Origin: the human T2T-CHM13v2.0 reference genome, Homo sapiens
Assembly (NCBI RefSeq): GCF_009914755.1
Contig: NC_060931.1
Strand: one strand, 5' to 3'
DNA: 64,000 bases
The notes beneath the pieces were generated by a model. The model was not told where the DNA came from. It was given only the letters and a program-made list of their open reading frames with translations, and ran no database searches. The translations under genes and the position numbers were made by a program. Numbering within the stretch: position 1 is the first letter of the stretch; every line of letters starts with the position of its first letter. Positions 25,603-40,798 of the stretch are shown piece by piece.

Positions 25603-27621
25603 GACGTTAAATCAGTGACGCCCCAATAGCAATGAGCAAATGTGATGCGCAGTTCTTGTGTTCTAATGTCATTTCCCATCAATGAACCAAGCCTCATTGA
25701 GGACATGGCCGGTTCCAAGGAAGGGCTGGCCAAACACAGGATAAGCCAGGACACGCTGGTGTCCCAGAAAGTAAAGAAGCACTTGAGGATTGTGATGTCA
25801 TGTCAAGAAAACCTCAGGAAGCATCTTGGAGGAGCTCCCACTGGAATAATTTGTGCATCAAAAAGTAAAATAATGGAGGTGAACTAAACACATTGAATTT
25901 TTTTTTTAACACATTGAATTTTTAAGAAACACCATGCACCATAGAGACAAGAGAGCAAGAGTAAGACAGAGAGAGACTGAAGCTCTTCTTTACTGAAGAA
26001 TGCCAGCTAATTCATGGTGGAATTAGCAAATCACCATTTTGTAGCCTTCTATGTACCTATATCACCCATGGATCCTTAAAATCATGGGGTGACAGTTTGT
26101 AAGGCAAGAAGATACTAAGGTGGTCTCAAAAGTATCATCTCACAAAGGGGAAAATGGAGAGATTGGAGGTTCTTTCCCCAAGCAAATTACCAAACTTAGC
26201 ACCATCGCCTATGGAATATGCTGCCAATCATCTGTGAACTGAATTTAATCATGAGGAAACAGTCAGGCAATTTCCTGAATGTACAACATGCAGAAAATAA
26301 CTAACCTAAGCTCATAAAAAAAAGTCTGAAAAAAAGGCAAAAATTGGGAGGGTGTTGTAGATTTTTAAAGGGACTATATAAAAACACAGCAACAAAATGC
26401 ATTCATGAACTTTGACCTACTTCTGATTAAAAAATATAAAGAGCTATAGAAGGCATTTGGGGGGATTTTAAAAATTTAAATGTGGATAACAGAATAGATA
26501 TTCTTGAATTAATGTTGATTTCTTTTCCTTATGATAATGTACTGAGTTTTGTAGGGAATGCCCTTGTTTTCATGAGATGTTTAAGTATTCAGGGGTGGTA
26601 TGTCATGGGGCCTGCAACTTTCTCTCTAACGGCTTGTCCTCTCCCTCAAAAACATCCCCCACCCACGTGTGCACACCTGTACACATGCAGATAAGGCAAA
26701 TGTGGCAGAAATCAACAAATGGTGAATCTCAAGGAAAAGGATATGGGTATATGTTGTGCGTATTTTTCTAATTTTCTATCAGCTTGAAATTACAATAAAA
26801 ACTGTGAAAAAGAACACATGAAATGCAACATTAAAAAATACCATTGAGAATTTGAATTTGATGAGCAATACAGTTTGATTCATTTTTAAAAGAAACAAAT
26901 ACTGGTTCTCAGAAGAAAATAACTATATCCCAGTAAACATGTAGAGACAATGGGTCTGGCGCACTCACTGACAGTCAGAAGCCAGCTCCTCTCCAGGGCC
27001 AGGGCCTGTGGAAGTCAGTGTAAGGCGCTTGTCTGGTGAGTTGCCTGTGGGTGCCACTTCAGCCCACTGAGCTCCAGTTTCTTGCTTTTTTGGGGAAGGG
27101 GTTACTGAGGCTCAGAATCCTAAGCCACCAGGGGCAGACCACGGAGAAGGGGTGAGCCCCAAACTTCACACTCTGCCCCCACACTGCTTCAGAGGGGGTC
27201 CTGTGCCCTATTGATACGTGAGACACAGAGACGTCTCAGAAGTCCTGGGTCAACTCTGAGGTCAGGGAAGCTCAGCAGAGGTTAGTTTGAGGGAAGCAAG
27301 GCAGGAGGGTGCTTCAGGCAAAGACTTAGCCTGAGCACACGCAGAGCCCTAAGGATCAGGAGGAGGCGCCAGAGACCACCTGGGAAGAGATGGGTAGGGC
27401 AGTGAGCAGCACCAGCCACTGCATCACAAGGATGGCGCTCATCATGGGGCAGTTTCCATGTGTGGGATCTATAGTGGAGCAGTTTGTTTATAAGCAAGCA
27501 GAGAAAGGATTCTGATGTTTTTGTCATGAATAAAGAAAAACACCACTATACATACAAAGGTTATAGGGGATGTTTTAATCATGTAAACAGAAAGGGAAAA
27601 TAAGGCGCCCTGTTCACTGAC

Positions 27622-27722
27622 CTTTCTGAGAAGCAGCAGGTATATAAATCTGCACAATTGACTCATCCCAGAAGTAGATCTGCTTCACAAGAAAATCAGA
27701 GGGAGTAGGTTTCTCAGAGAAT
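27622..27722 (-). CDS. PKD1L1: PKD1L1 exon ~31 (FSEKPTPSDFLVKQIYFWD...ASQK)
   Basis: tcctag|A, G|gtcagt, 101 nt, phase 2-1. Confidence 0.91.
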
Positions 27723-27955
27723 CTAGGAGATAAAAACAAAATAGGGATTTCTCATTTTTTTCTTCTCTCTCAAAGGTTTTAGTCAAATTTCTATCAAGAG
27801 TTTACTCAATTTGTGCAAAACATCCTTGTCACTGCAAGGAGGTAGCCTGGGACTAAAAAGGGTCAATGTGCATAATTCCACAACACCACCTGGTCTCTTA
27901 GTAAAAACTCCTACATAACACTTTCACCCTGCATCTCATTAAAAACAAACACTTT

Positions 27956-28290
<335 letters not shown>

Positions 28291-29376
28291 AAACAAACAC
28301 TTCAGTAGCAAACAAGTACAAGAATGGCCAGCACAGTCTGTAGGAATAAGACAAACAGCACTGGCTACACGTGGTTAGGGAGGGGCACTGCAGCACCCAC
28401 ACGTATGTTTGCATGTTTGTGTTAACTCTTTACCGTAACCTGTTTGCAGATAAAAGATAGCAAGCACAAAACTAGACTAAGTAGTAGTCTTAGTAGTTAG
28501 ACTCAGAAATTCCTCAGAACTGATTTACCTTTTCTGCATGTGACTTAAAGAATTAAATTAAAATCCAAACTCTAAGCAGACAGCCACTTTTAGACATCGA
28601 ATGCTTAGCTCATTTGGCAGAATGAGAGTCAGGCCAATAAGCAGAGATTAAACTGCGTGCTAAGGGCTGTGTGGACAGCGCCTGCGTAAGATACAGCCTT
28701 GCTCACGAGAACCCTTTAATCTAGTTGAGATGCCCACCTAACCAACCAGGAGCAGTAGAACAGTGAGCATCTTTGCCACATAGACTAAACACACGGGGAC
28801 TCCGAGAAGGAAGGTGATCAAGGCCCTGCCCATCCAGACCTCCAACGAACTCTGCAGACTGGTGGTTTCCATTAGCACATTTGCTGTAGAATTTCAAAGA
28901 ATCTTTTCAATAGTCACTTACCTTCCCAATAGTCAATTACCTTCCCAGGTAATTTATTTATTAACTGGGGCCTATACAAATCTCATGAACTCAACATTCC
29001 TGAGAAAAATAATTATTTTATGAAGTTTCCTTAGATATATAAATTTAAACACATTTTATCCTTTTGGAAAAATAAAAAAAAATCTTGCTCAGACCTATAC
29101 TGAAAGAATTAGATTTCTAAATGAGACTGTATGCATTATCACTAATAATTATAATGCTTCTCACTCTAATAATGTTAACAGGCAGGAATTCAAACTCAAA
29201 AACCAAAGTCAGGAAGCTTAGCGTCCAAACAGCAGAATAGATAACAATTTCTTTAAACAATGAGCCTCATTATTGCTTTAAAAACACAATTTAATTCACT
29301 GATTTTTTGTCACAAAACATTCTTAAGGACAATATGTCTTACTCCAATCTCATTGTAGCTGTCACCATCAACACAC

Positions 29377-29534
29377 CTTACTAGCAACATGACGGGAAAT
29401 GCCCTTGTAACAGGTTTGGAAAATTCAATTTCTATCTGTAGAGATTCCTGGGGGTTTTCGGAAAGCTCAGTGAACTGATGGAGATTCACTTTATCCCGAA
29501 GTAATACAAATGTCGTTTTATTTCTCCTATTATC
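29377..29534 (-). CDS. PKD1L1: PKD1L1 exon ~30 (DNRRNKTTFVLLRDK...FPVMLLVR)
   Basis: gacag|G, AG|gtgtgt, 158 nt, phase 0-2. Confidence 0.91.
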
Positions 29535-29649
29535 CTGTCATCACAAAGAAAACAAGTTAAGCAAAATTTGCCTTTGGTAAAATAAACACATTAAAAATCA
29601 GCCAGCACAGCCTAAATGAAGTAGAGATACTGAGAAAGGCTCTCCTTAC

Positions 29650-29760
29650 CAGGCCATCCTCCTCCCCAAACTCGACCATCACGGGTTTCCTTAGCCATTG
29701 CCTGTTGATGGGTCTTCTGCTGGAGCAGGTATAGAGGTTGAGGCCCACAACTCCACCAAT
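29650..29760 (-). CDS. PKD1L1: PKD1L1 exon ~29 (IGGVVGLNLYTC...EFGEEDGL)
   Basis: cccaag|A, CTG|gtaagg, 111 nt, phase 0-0. Confidence 0.92.
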
Positions 29761-30123
29761 CTTGGGGAACAAAGACCATCTCAGAGCAAATGACAGCAAG
29801 CAATGGACTTAAGTGAGAAAAGCAGCAAACCAAAGTATCGTGGTGCTGCTTAATACACTTACATAAAATTATATGCCTGATATTAGAAGCTAGCATACAA
29901 AAATAAACCAGTTTTACTAGTCAGGATGGCAGGATTGGAGTGAATATTATGCTTCATTTGCATCATTCTTATTAAAATTAATAATTTCTAAAGTATTTTG
30001 AAGTATTTTTTATTTTAAAAGCTAATGCAAAAGAAATATCTGCTCATTGTAGATAATCAGGAAGGTATAGAAAAGTATAAGCAAGAGTGAAGAATAGCTA
30101 TTCTATAGTCCCATTGCTCATAG

Positions 30124-30507
<384 letters not shown>

Positions 30508-31775
30508 TCAGTTGTCTATATTTTTGCAGTCTTCCCAAATTACTAAAATTCCCTGATTGACATAATAACAATTAGCTATATATGAACTCTATCCCTATGC
30601 TGAACATTTAGGTACATTTCTATTTGAGTTATAATAATATTGTTTTGAGCAAATAAATATGACAAGACATCTTGTTCTGAACAAATCTTTTCTCATTTTC
30701 CTAGTGTAGATTCTTACAAGTGTAACAGCGTAGGCCAGGTTGTTGCTGGATGCCTAGTTGACAAAGTGCTTTCCAAAATGTCACACTGCCGAGCACCCTG
30801 GTTTACTCACTGCATCTCCACAAGCAGTAAGTGTTTTTAAGTAATTGCACTTTTGTAAGGTAAAAAAATCATTTTAATTTGTGTTTTTTATTGATTGTTA
30901 GTTTGAATTATTTTCCTATGCTGATTAGCCATTTCCATTTCCATTTAAAAAAGCAAATGCTGTAAAAGATGAGCATTTTTTGACCAAAATAAGATGTACC
31001 TAATTTGTCCATACATCCATCAGACATTTGATGGGTCACCAAATGAGCCACGTACTTGAGCCAGACTGGGGTCGGGGGCTACAGAAATACAGAGAATCCT
31101 TGCTCTCTGCCCTTCCAAACTCACTCATGGTGACCCTGGGGTCATTCACAAAGCTTCCGAGTGAATGTCTACAAAACTGCCAAGTGGCTGGGACAATCCT
31201 CCCTGACTTCCCCATCCTCACATCCCCCTTTCACTGTGGTCCCCTGTTCCTCCTGACCTCTCAGGGAGCCAGGGGCCACCCTGCAGGTTCAGCCCAGCAG
31301 TGCCTCTCTGGTGAGCAGGGAGGATGGGGGGTAAGCACTGCCATGTCCTCAGCAGCCCCTTCTTAAGCGTCATTCAGGTATACTCCGCATTTGATGTTAG
31401 ACCCATATCTTCATCGTTCTAAAGACACGATTGGCCAGAATGCTTGCATAATCACTGCATCACATGCTGCAACCCCCTAGAGCCTTCTGTTCTCTGACAA
31501 TGGATTAGAAGGCCTCAAGGAAACAGTGAATGGGCCCAGTGTCCCAGATACAAGTGACATCTAGTTTTGCCAGGAGTTTTCTGGAGAAGCTAATCTTCTA
31601 AGAGGAGTAGAGTCAGCAACGTGTTCTAAGTGATCCCTCTTGGCACTGAGAGGGTGCAAACATGCAAAAAACAGGTGCAAATATGCCAACCTAGTTTCTC
31701 TTTTTGTCATTTAAGCCCAATTACTGCAAATTTGAAATGGTCATTAGAAGTGGCAGGTCATCTGTCAGCTTGTAC

Positions 31776-32003
31776 CTGCCCAGGAGCTTGGCTCCCTGGA
31801 TATGGGTTCTTCTTGAAGAGTATGAGCTGGCTAATGTAGCATGGGCTCTGTGTCTCCGCCCCAGCAGGACTGTGCCCAGCAAGGTCACCAGGTAAATGCA
31901 CCTGGACAGATCCCAGGCTCTGGACAGAGCTCTGAAGGTTGTAATGAAGAAGGGTCCGGAACTCCATCTGCCCAGTGCTAACATGGTTCAAAGAGAGACA
32001 ACC
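31776..32003 (-). CDS. PKD1L1: PKD1L1 exon ~28 (GCLSLNHVSTG...KNPYPGSQAPGQ)
   Basis: tttcag|G, CAG|gtacaa, 228 nt, phase 0-0. Confidence 0.93.
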
Positions 32004-32843
32004 CTGAAACATAGAGCATAGGGAGTGGGATGTTTATAACACAAATGCACAAACTGTCTTGAATCCAGACTAGGAGAGAGGGGAAAAGTAGTTAAAAAGC
32101 CCATCTCAAGTTAGATTGGATGGCAGGAAGCAAGAGCGCAGGTCTTAGGGCTCAGCGCTGGGTAAGTAGGCAACAAATGTTCTTAAACACTTGTGAGTAA
32201 TGATGATGATTATTAGTAGGTTCAGATAGACTATTTACTTGCTAATTTCCCAAATGTTACAGTAGCCATCCGTTAAATAAGCCAGCAGGACTGGAGAGGG
32301 ATGCTAAATTGGTAGAAGAGGAACGCCAGAAGCCTATTCACTTACTGCTTCTTGAAAGCACTGGCCATTTCATAAAGTAAAAATAAAAAAGTCTCGGAGA
32401 CAATTTCCAAAGTTACCAGAGCAGAAATAAATGAAATAAACTTTGGCCTTTTTAAGAAGTTATGTATCAGCAGGGCTACTTTTAAAATTGCTGCATGCAA
32501 TAAATCATTTGCATTACTTCACATAATTCCTCAAAAAAAAGAAGGTATCCTGAGAAATAATGTTTCTGAGTCAAACATCCCAAATATCCCAAATGAAAAT
32601 CTACCAAAACAAAAAAAGGATAAAATAGAAGCAAGGTTTCACTGGAAACATTATAATATTACCATGAAATACTTAAAATTCAAAATGAAAGTCTCCAAAT
32701 ACCAAAATGCCACCCAGAAGAATGAACACAGTACTTCAGAAACTGATTCTGTTTTTGGTTTTGAGAAGCAATTACAAATACAGGTTAACATCCTGGGGAT
32801 ATGGAAACAGTATTTTTATGGATGGAGAAAAAGTGTGACTTAC

Positions 32844-33056
32844 CAACAATAAATCTGAGATGACTGTAATTCCTTCTTCATGTCGATAGACTTCCTCCTT
32901 CGAGTTTTCTTGCTCAGAGACTTCCCAGACTCTGGATATGAGACCGATGAGCTCAAGCCTCACTCCTTTGTCAATCACAAATGGCCCCGAGAACTGGCCT
33001 TGAGCAAGGAGTGCCCGGGTGTACTTGAGGATGAGAACCGCACTCATAAAGCCTAG
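32844..33056 (-). CDS. PKD1L1: PKD1L1 exon ~27 (LGFMSAVLILKYTRALL...VISDLLL)
   Basis: atgcag|C, TTG|gtaagt, 213 nt, phase 0-0. Confidence 0.92.
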
Positions 33057-33185
33057 CTGCATGAACAGAAAAGATGTAAATAAAATGCCTGGCCTTGAGC
33101 AAGGAGTGCCCGGGTGTATTTGAGGATGAGAACTGCACTCATAAAGCTTAGCTGCATGAACAGAAAAGACGTAAATAAAGTGCCT
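32996..33185. repeat. 95-bp x2 tandem duplication spanning the exon-27 splice acceptor
   Basis: 32996-33090 vs 33091-33185, 5 mismatches, no indels. Confidence 0.95.
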
Positions 33186-33629
33186 CATGGCATATGATGC
33201 ATATATTCTTGCCTTTTTCATTATTATAAGGAATTAAAATGACTGAACTACGGGCTAAGAGAACTGGATTTAAGTCCAGGTTTGGTCTCTAGGTGACTAT
33301 TGGCCAACTTCCTAAGTAGCAAGTTGCTTTTTGATATTCGGCCTCTTGACCAAAGGAAAACAAATGGTCTCTATGCTTTAAGATGTTATTTGTTTTAAAC
33401 CCCAACGACCACTTTGCAAATCCCTTCACAAATTGGCCCCCACCTCCTCCCACAGCCTTCTCCCTCCCCATTACCTATGTGCATTCTATTCTCAAGCCAT
33501 GCTGAATCTCTTATTGTACCCAAAGAATCGAGGCTTTTTCTTGATGCCCTCCAGATTCCTCTACCTGCAGTACCTTTACCCTCATTTGGACTGGCAGAAT
33601 CCAATCCTACTTTTCTCTCTCTCTGTTTC

Positions 33630-33792
33630 TTTTCCTTTTTTTTTCTTTCTCTCTCTCTTTTTGTTTAGAGATGGGGTCTCACTCTGTCACCCAGGCTGGA
33701 GTGCAGTGGCACAAGCATAGCTCCCTGCAGACTTGAACTCCTGGGCTTACATGATTCTCCCACCTCAGCCTCCCAAGTGCTGGGACTAAAGA
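33630..33792 (-). mobile_element. Old Alu monomer (AluJ right arm/FRAM-like)
   Basis: gagatggggtctcactctgtcacccaggctggagtgcagtggcac...gaactcctgggct. Confidence 0.8.
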
Positions 33793-33798
33793 CATACA

Positions 33799-34098
33799 TT
33801 TTTTTTTTTTTTTTTGAGATGGAGTTTGACTCTATCGCCCAGGCTGGAGTGCAGTGGCACAATCTTGGCTCACTGCATCCTCCGCCTCCTGGGTTTAAGC
33901 AATTCTCTGCCTCAGCCTCCCGAGTAGCTGGGATCACAGGCACCCACCACCATGCCCAGCTAATATTTTTTTGTATTTTTAGTAGAAACGGGGTTTCACC
34001 ATCTTGGCCAGGCTGATCTTGAACTCCAGACCTCATGATCCACCCGCCTCGGCTTCCCAAAGTGCTGGGAGTACAGGTGTGAGCCACCACGCCCAGCC
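33799..34098 (-). mobile_element. Alu (AluSg-like)
   Basis: Full Alu with T-run. Confidence 0.92.
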
Positions 34099-34949
34099 TA
34101 TTTTTCTGAACTGTTAATGTAGTCCCCTTTCAAACCTACACAAAGTAGAAAGAATAGTATGGTAGTATAATACGTCTATCACCCAACTTTAACAATTATT
34201 CACTGGAATATTTTTTCTTCTATTCTCTACTTAACTTTAAAAAAATATTTAGAAGCAAAAAGCAAATCTCAGGTATTATTTTTATCCATGAACACTTTAG
34301 TGTGTAGTGCTGATAGATGAGGATTCTTTCTAAAAATATGCCCACAATGCCATGATCACATCTAACAAAACTATGAGTCTTTACTACGTATCTTTTAAAA
34401 CCAACCTCAAATGTCTACGAGACAAAGTCAGCTGCATCACTGCTTGTGTTTATGCAGAATTTTGTCATTCTTCTGATCGTAGGACTAAGCATATTTATTG
34501 AAATGTATCTGTTTGCAACTTCATTCATCAATGCTTAAAAGACACAGACTAATCTTTTTCTTCTTTGTACCTTAGCAGCTCCTAGCAATTGCTAAATAAA
34601 TGTGTGTCCATGAAATGAAACTGAGATTCTGTTTTCTATTGGCCAGGCTTATTTAACCACAATGATATCTAATGGCTTAGATATACCTTTTAAAATCTAG
34701 TTCTTCCACCACAATAAGATTAAACTAATTTGGAAATGCGTTTAAACTACTATTGAAGGCCCTTTACATGAGGTAGCTTACCATGGATATTAGGACTTAA
34801 ATGAAAGAATAATCTTTAAAATTAAACAAGTGCTTTAAAGAATATATTATGCCCACTTTCACAATGCCCACTTTTTTGACCAAAAATATCAGAATGGTCA
34901 CTTTAAGAGGACAATCATGTTCATTTTTATTTCCCACTCTGAACTAAGA

Positions 34950-35396
34950 ACTGTGGCAGACCCTGGGGTTCAGAGATGCACAAGAGAGGGACAATGGCAG
35001 GAATGATTTGATCTCTACCAGATTCATGCTCTGGAGCCTCATGTAGGGTCATCGATGGGAAGTAATTCCATTTCCCAGGTCCCTCGAGTCCAGGTGAGCC
35101 CATGTGATGCTCACCAGGGGAAGGTGAGTGCAGCGAGGTGTGCACCTGCAGCGCCACATGACCGACAGGCAGCATACCTTCTCCATGTGCTATTCCCCTG
35201 ACTTAGGAAGTCACAGAGTGGAGGTATTGGGGCACAAGATGGACGGGGCCAGAGTCCCTGAGTCACCACGAGGGAGACACCCACTGAACACCTGCTACGG
35301 AATGTGTGTGAATGAAGAAAAAATATCTGTTGTATTCAGCTTCTGGGATTTCAGGGTTATCTGTTACAGCAGCTAACATTATTTTAACTAATACAG
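34950..35396 (+). mobile_element. MLT1-family LTR remnant, approximate
   Basis: 3' end gggttatctgttacagcagctaacat...actaataca is typical of MLT1. Confidence 0.55.
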
Positions 35397-35772
35397 TTTG
35401 TATCTTAAGAGGCTGAGTAGTCTAAAGTTGGAAGACAGATGCACAAAAAGAAATTACAAATCAAAGGTGTTGAAGTGCTAAAAACAAAGTCACGTACAAA
35501 TTTGTCTCGAACAAAATGAACTCTGCCTTCAGACCTTTGTGAAGATTTCACGGAGAAGGTGGCATTTGAATCTACCCTTGAGGAGAAAGTAATATTTTTC
35601 CAGGGGAAGAAGTAACCTGCTCCAGTTATGGGAAAACATACCATTTCAAGGACATAAGGGGCATCCCGAATGCCTACACAGGGAAGATGCCTACGTTGGG
35701 TTGTGTGCACAATGAGGTGCAGAGAGTCAAGTGGAAATGGGTGAAGTCCTCGTATGATACAAAGAACAATTG

Positions 35773-36376
<604 letters not shown>

Positions 36377-37912
36377 GAGCAATTGGATTGTGTCCTCAAA
36401 CTACTAGAAAGCCATCAAGTACTCTGAACAAACAGATGGCATGACCAGGTGTGTTGCTTATAAAGACAGATCATCAGAAGAGAGGTGAATGATGATGCCC
36501 TCCCACCTAGACTGGAGGTTGTTGGAGTGGAGCAGCCTGAGATGAGGAGGGGAGACTCAGGCAGGAGGGATGGTAGGAGGACAGGGCCATCCAGCCCCCG
36601 TTCCTGTATCCATTGCCCATCTCTCTTGAGCGCCTGCCATGCGTTACACCTATGGTATTTCTGTGGTGAAGAGGAAGATCCCTGGTATCATGGAGTCGAC
36701 ATTCCAGTGGGGGAAGAGCAGCATTAAAGAAATAAATGAGATAGTTGCTGTTGTGAAAATATTGAAGGGGATAGCCCATAACAGGAAGAGAGGATAATAA
36801 TAATTACCTTCAGATGGTGGGTCTAGGACAATGTCTCTAAGAAAGTAAGTAGCATTTGTGCTGAGTCAATGAAGGGTCAGCTATTTGAAAAGCCAAGGGG
36901 AGGGCACAGCGGGAAAAGGATCAAGGCAGTACCCCTGGAGGATGGTTAGGAAGCGGGAGAAAAGCCAGGAAAGGAGGACAGAAGGAAAGAAGGAGCCAGA
37001 CACTGCAGGTGCATAAGATGTTTAGCTTCTATTCCACACGCAAGGAGAAGCCACGGGGAGTGCTGAGCAGGAGAGTGGCACTCACTGACTCAGGCTTTTA
37101 CAATGACTTGACTGCTGTGTGTAGCCTGTTTTCTAAGGTGGCCTGAGAGGAGGCAGAGAGGACAGGACAGTGAGAGAAACTGCCAACCTGGATGAGAAAT
37201 GACATTTGCTTGGATTTGGGTGAAGCGCAGTAGAGGCAGGAGAGGTAGGAAGATTCTAGCTACGTGTTTGAGGAAGAACAGATGGGACTTCTTTATAAGT
37301 GAATGGATGAGGGGAAGAAAGGACTCCGGTGACACCTGGGCTTTAACATGGGATTCTGCATGGACGGTGCTGCCCTGTCCTGGGCTGAAGAAAGTAGGAG
37401 GAACACGGGGTTGGAAGGGGTTGGGGGAGGAGCCCACTCTGCCATGCTGGGTCTGTGCAGTTTTGGCCCGTGTGGAAATGAGAGCGTGTAGTTATACGTG
37501 CGTGTCTGGGGAGCTTGAGTCAGCTTTGGGTTGGAGGTGTGGGTTGCAGAGTCCCTATCAGATGGATGTAAAGTGGAAGGAGTGGATGAGATCACACAGG
37601 GAGGAGGTGTGGACAGAGAATCTAGGAGGCCCAAGACAAAGCTCTGAGATACTGACCACGTAACTGTAGATGGGAAGAGCCAACAGGGGTCAGTCAACAA
37701 GGCCAACCAAGAAACCATGTCCTGAAGCCTAGAGAAGAGCGTGTCCCCCAAAGCAGGTTGAGCCCCACAGAAGGTCCCCGGCAGGGAGAGAATGGGGAGC
37801 AGAAGGTGTCCAGTGGATTTGGCCAGATAGAGATCTGCTGTGACTTTGGCAGGAGCAGCGGCAGTGTGGATGGAGATGGAAGCCAAAGTTTGATGGTCTA
37901 AAATGCACGAGA

Positions 37913-38036
37913 AGCCAGGTGTGGTGACGTGCATCTGTGGTCCCAGCTACTCAGAAGGCCGAGGTGGGAGGATGGCTTGAGTCCAGGAGTTTGAGGCAGC
38001 CTGAGCCACACAGTGAGACCTTGTCTCTTAAAAAAA
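37913..38036 (+). mobile_element. FLAM-type Alu monomer
   Basis: gccaggtgtggtg...ggatggcttgagtccaggagtttgaggcagcctg...tctcttaaaaaa. Confidence 0.8.
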
Positions 38037-38472
38037 CACACACACAAACAAGAGGCAGCAAGTATAGCCCATAACAGGCTCAGAACTCACTTTTTAAATG
38101 CTCTGCTGTGAAGAGGAACATGAAAAGTTAGGTGGAAGCTGGAAGCAGGTTTGATTTCACTAGAGGGATTTTTTTTTAAAATAAGTGAGATTCTAAGCAT
38201 GTGCAGGATCATTCAGAAGAAAGAAGTGGAAGCAGCAGCAAAGAGTGGAAAATGAAAAGAGAAACTCTGGAGAAGGCAAGGTGGGCAGGAGCAGGACTGT
38301 GCCGCCTGCACCCATGCAGGCTAGGCGTTGTCCAACACTGGGGCACCCGTCACTCAGATTGAGATGAGGGACAATGAGAGGAGCCTGGAGGAGAGCTCCA
38401 CACAAATAAAGGGAGAAGCCTATGCAGGGGCTGGAGATTCCTTCTGTGGTGACAGAGCATGGCCATAGTTAG

Positions 38473-39199
<727 letters not shown>

Positions 39200-39389
39200 T
39201 AGATTCCAAATTTCTATATTCAAAATTTCTGAGATGGGCTTTGCTATTCAGATGAATTCTTAAGGGAAAATCACATTTCTAATCTAAGTGTCAAACTATG
39301 ATTCTGGACAGTGTATTTTTCAAGAACTGATCATGTCCCTCAAAACTATATAAAATAGGAAAATATTTCTGGGAAAAAATTGCACTTAC

Positions 39390-39446
39390 CTTATTAGAGA
39401 AGCTCACGAGGTCCCTCAACATAAGAACAGAACCAATCATTTCTTC
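39390..39446 (-). CDS. PKD1L1: PKD1L1 exon ~26 (EEMIGSVLMLRDLVSFSNK)
   Basis: ggtcag|G, AAG|gtaagt, 57 nt, phase 0-0. Confidence 0.9.
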
Positions 39447-39713
39447 CTGACCAGAAGAAACAACAATAAAACAAAAAGAAAATGCAAGGAGAGGGAAATT
39501 AGCTTGTTTGGGTTAAAGTTACAGCTTGCCTATGTAGAAATAGTACAGATTCCCTGCTTTTTGGCCAAAAGACCAATTGGAGGCCAGACCTTCTGTACAG
39601 AGACCATTACTGTTGTCTCTGGTTTTCCTTGGAATCCAGCATCTCTCCTGTGTGCCCCCTAGACATCCTCAGCACACTCCATCAGGGAACTGACACGAGG
39701 GCTGATGAAATAA

Positions 39714-40078
<365 letters not shown>

Positions 40079-40602
40079 AGAGCTAAGCAACATTTTTAAA
40101 AAGAGGAAGAATGAGAAAAAAATTACATCAAGTGAAGTATCTTAAAGTTGTAATGAAATAAGATATATTCTTTGTAGATGTGAATATTCTCTATTGACAG
40201 TTATAAGATAGCAGTTGCATAAATGCTGTGAGCAAGTACAGTCACATTTGAATACATGGTAATTTCTTCAGAAGTTGCACAAAATCATGAACTTAACTCT
40301 CCAAGATAAAATCAGACTGTTTCACATAAGTTTTACTTACACAAACTTCAGCAGAATTATCTGTAACAACGATTGACTTGGTCATTCTCTCTTTTATAAA
40401 CCAGCAGCATTCATTTGTGATACATATGAGCTGAATAGAGAGACCACAGCCATGTATGGGAGCTGAGCTGGCTGGCCCTCTTGGTCTCATTTCTTGCCTG
40501 TGTTTCATAAGCATGACCACTTGCTAGTGAGCCAGCCAGTCATGAGCCCTGCCACTTGATAAAGGTTTACAGACACTAAACTCACCCTCCTCTGAGCCAT
40601 AC

Positions 40603-40798
40603 CTGATCTACAAAAGCCAATCTGCATACTGAAGAAATTAATGCATCCTGTATTCGTGACCATTGGTTGCAGGAGGCAGTTTTGTCCTCCTTAGACAAAC
40701 GACTCAGGATTCTGGTGATCACAGTGATGTAGTTCCTGATTTCTGTGTAACTCCCCATCAGCTGGAGGGTAGAAAGGTTTTTCAGGCTGGAATTATAC
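40603..40798 (-). CDS. PKD1L1: PKD1L1 exon ~25 (YNSSLKNLSTLQ...RLAFVDQ)
   Basis: ttcag|G, CAG|gtatgg, 196 nt, phase 2-0. Confidence 0.93.

Noticed and set aside
32994-33088. Idea that the 95-bp duplication forms a new GC-AG intron (CAG|GCATTT...GCCAG) restoring frame
   Set aside because: GC donors need near-perfect consensus (GCAAGT); GCATTT is far from it and the putative acceptor lacks a pyrimidine tract
37199-37934. 154-aa and 213-aa ORFs in intron 26
   Set aside because: Lie in purine-rich, L2-like degenerate sequence and start in a FLAM; no domain signal
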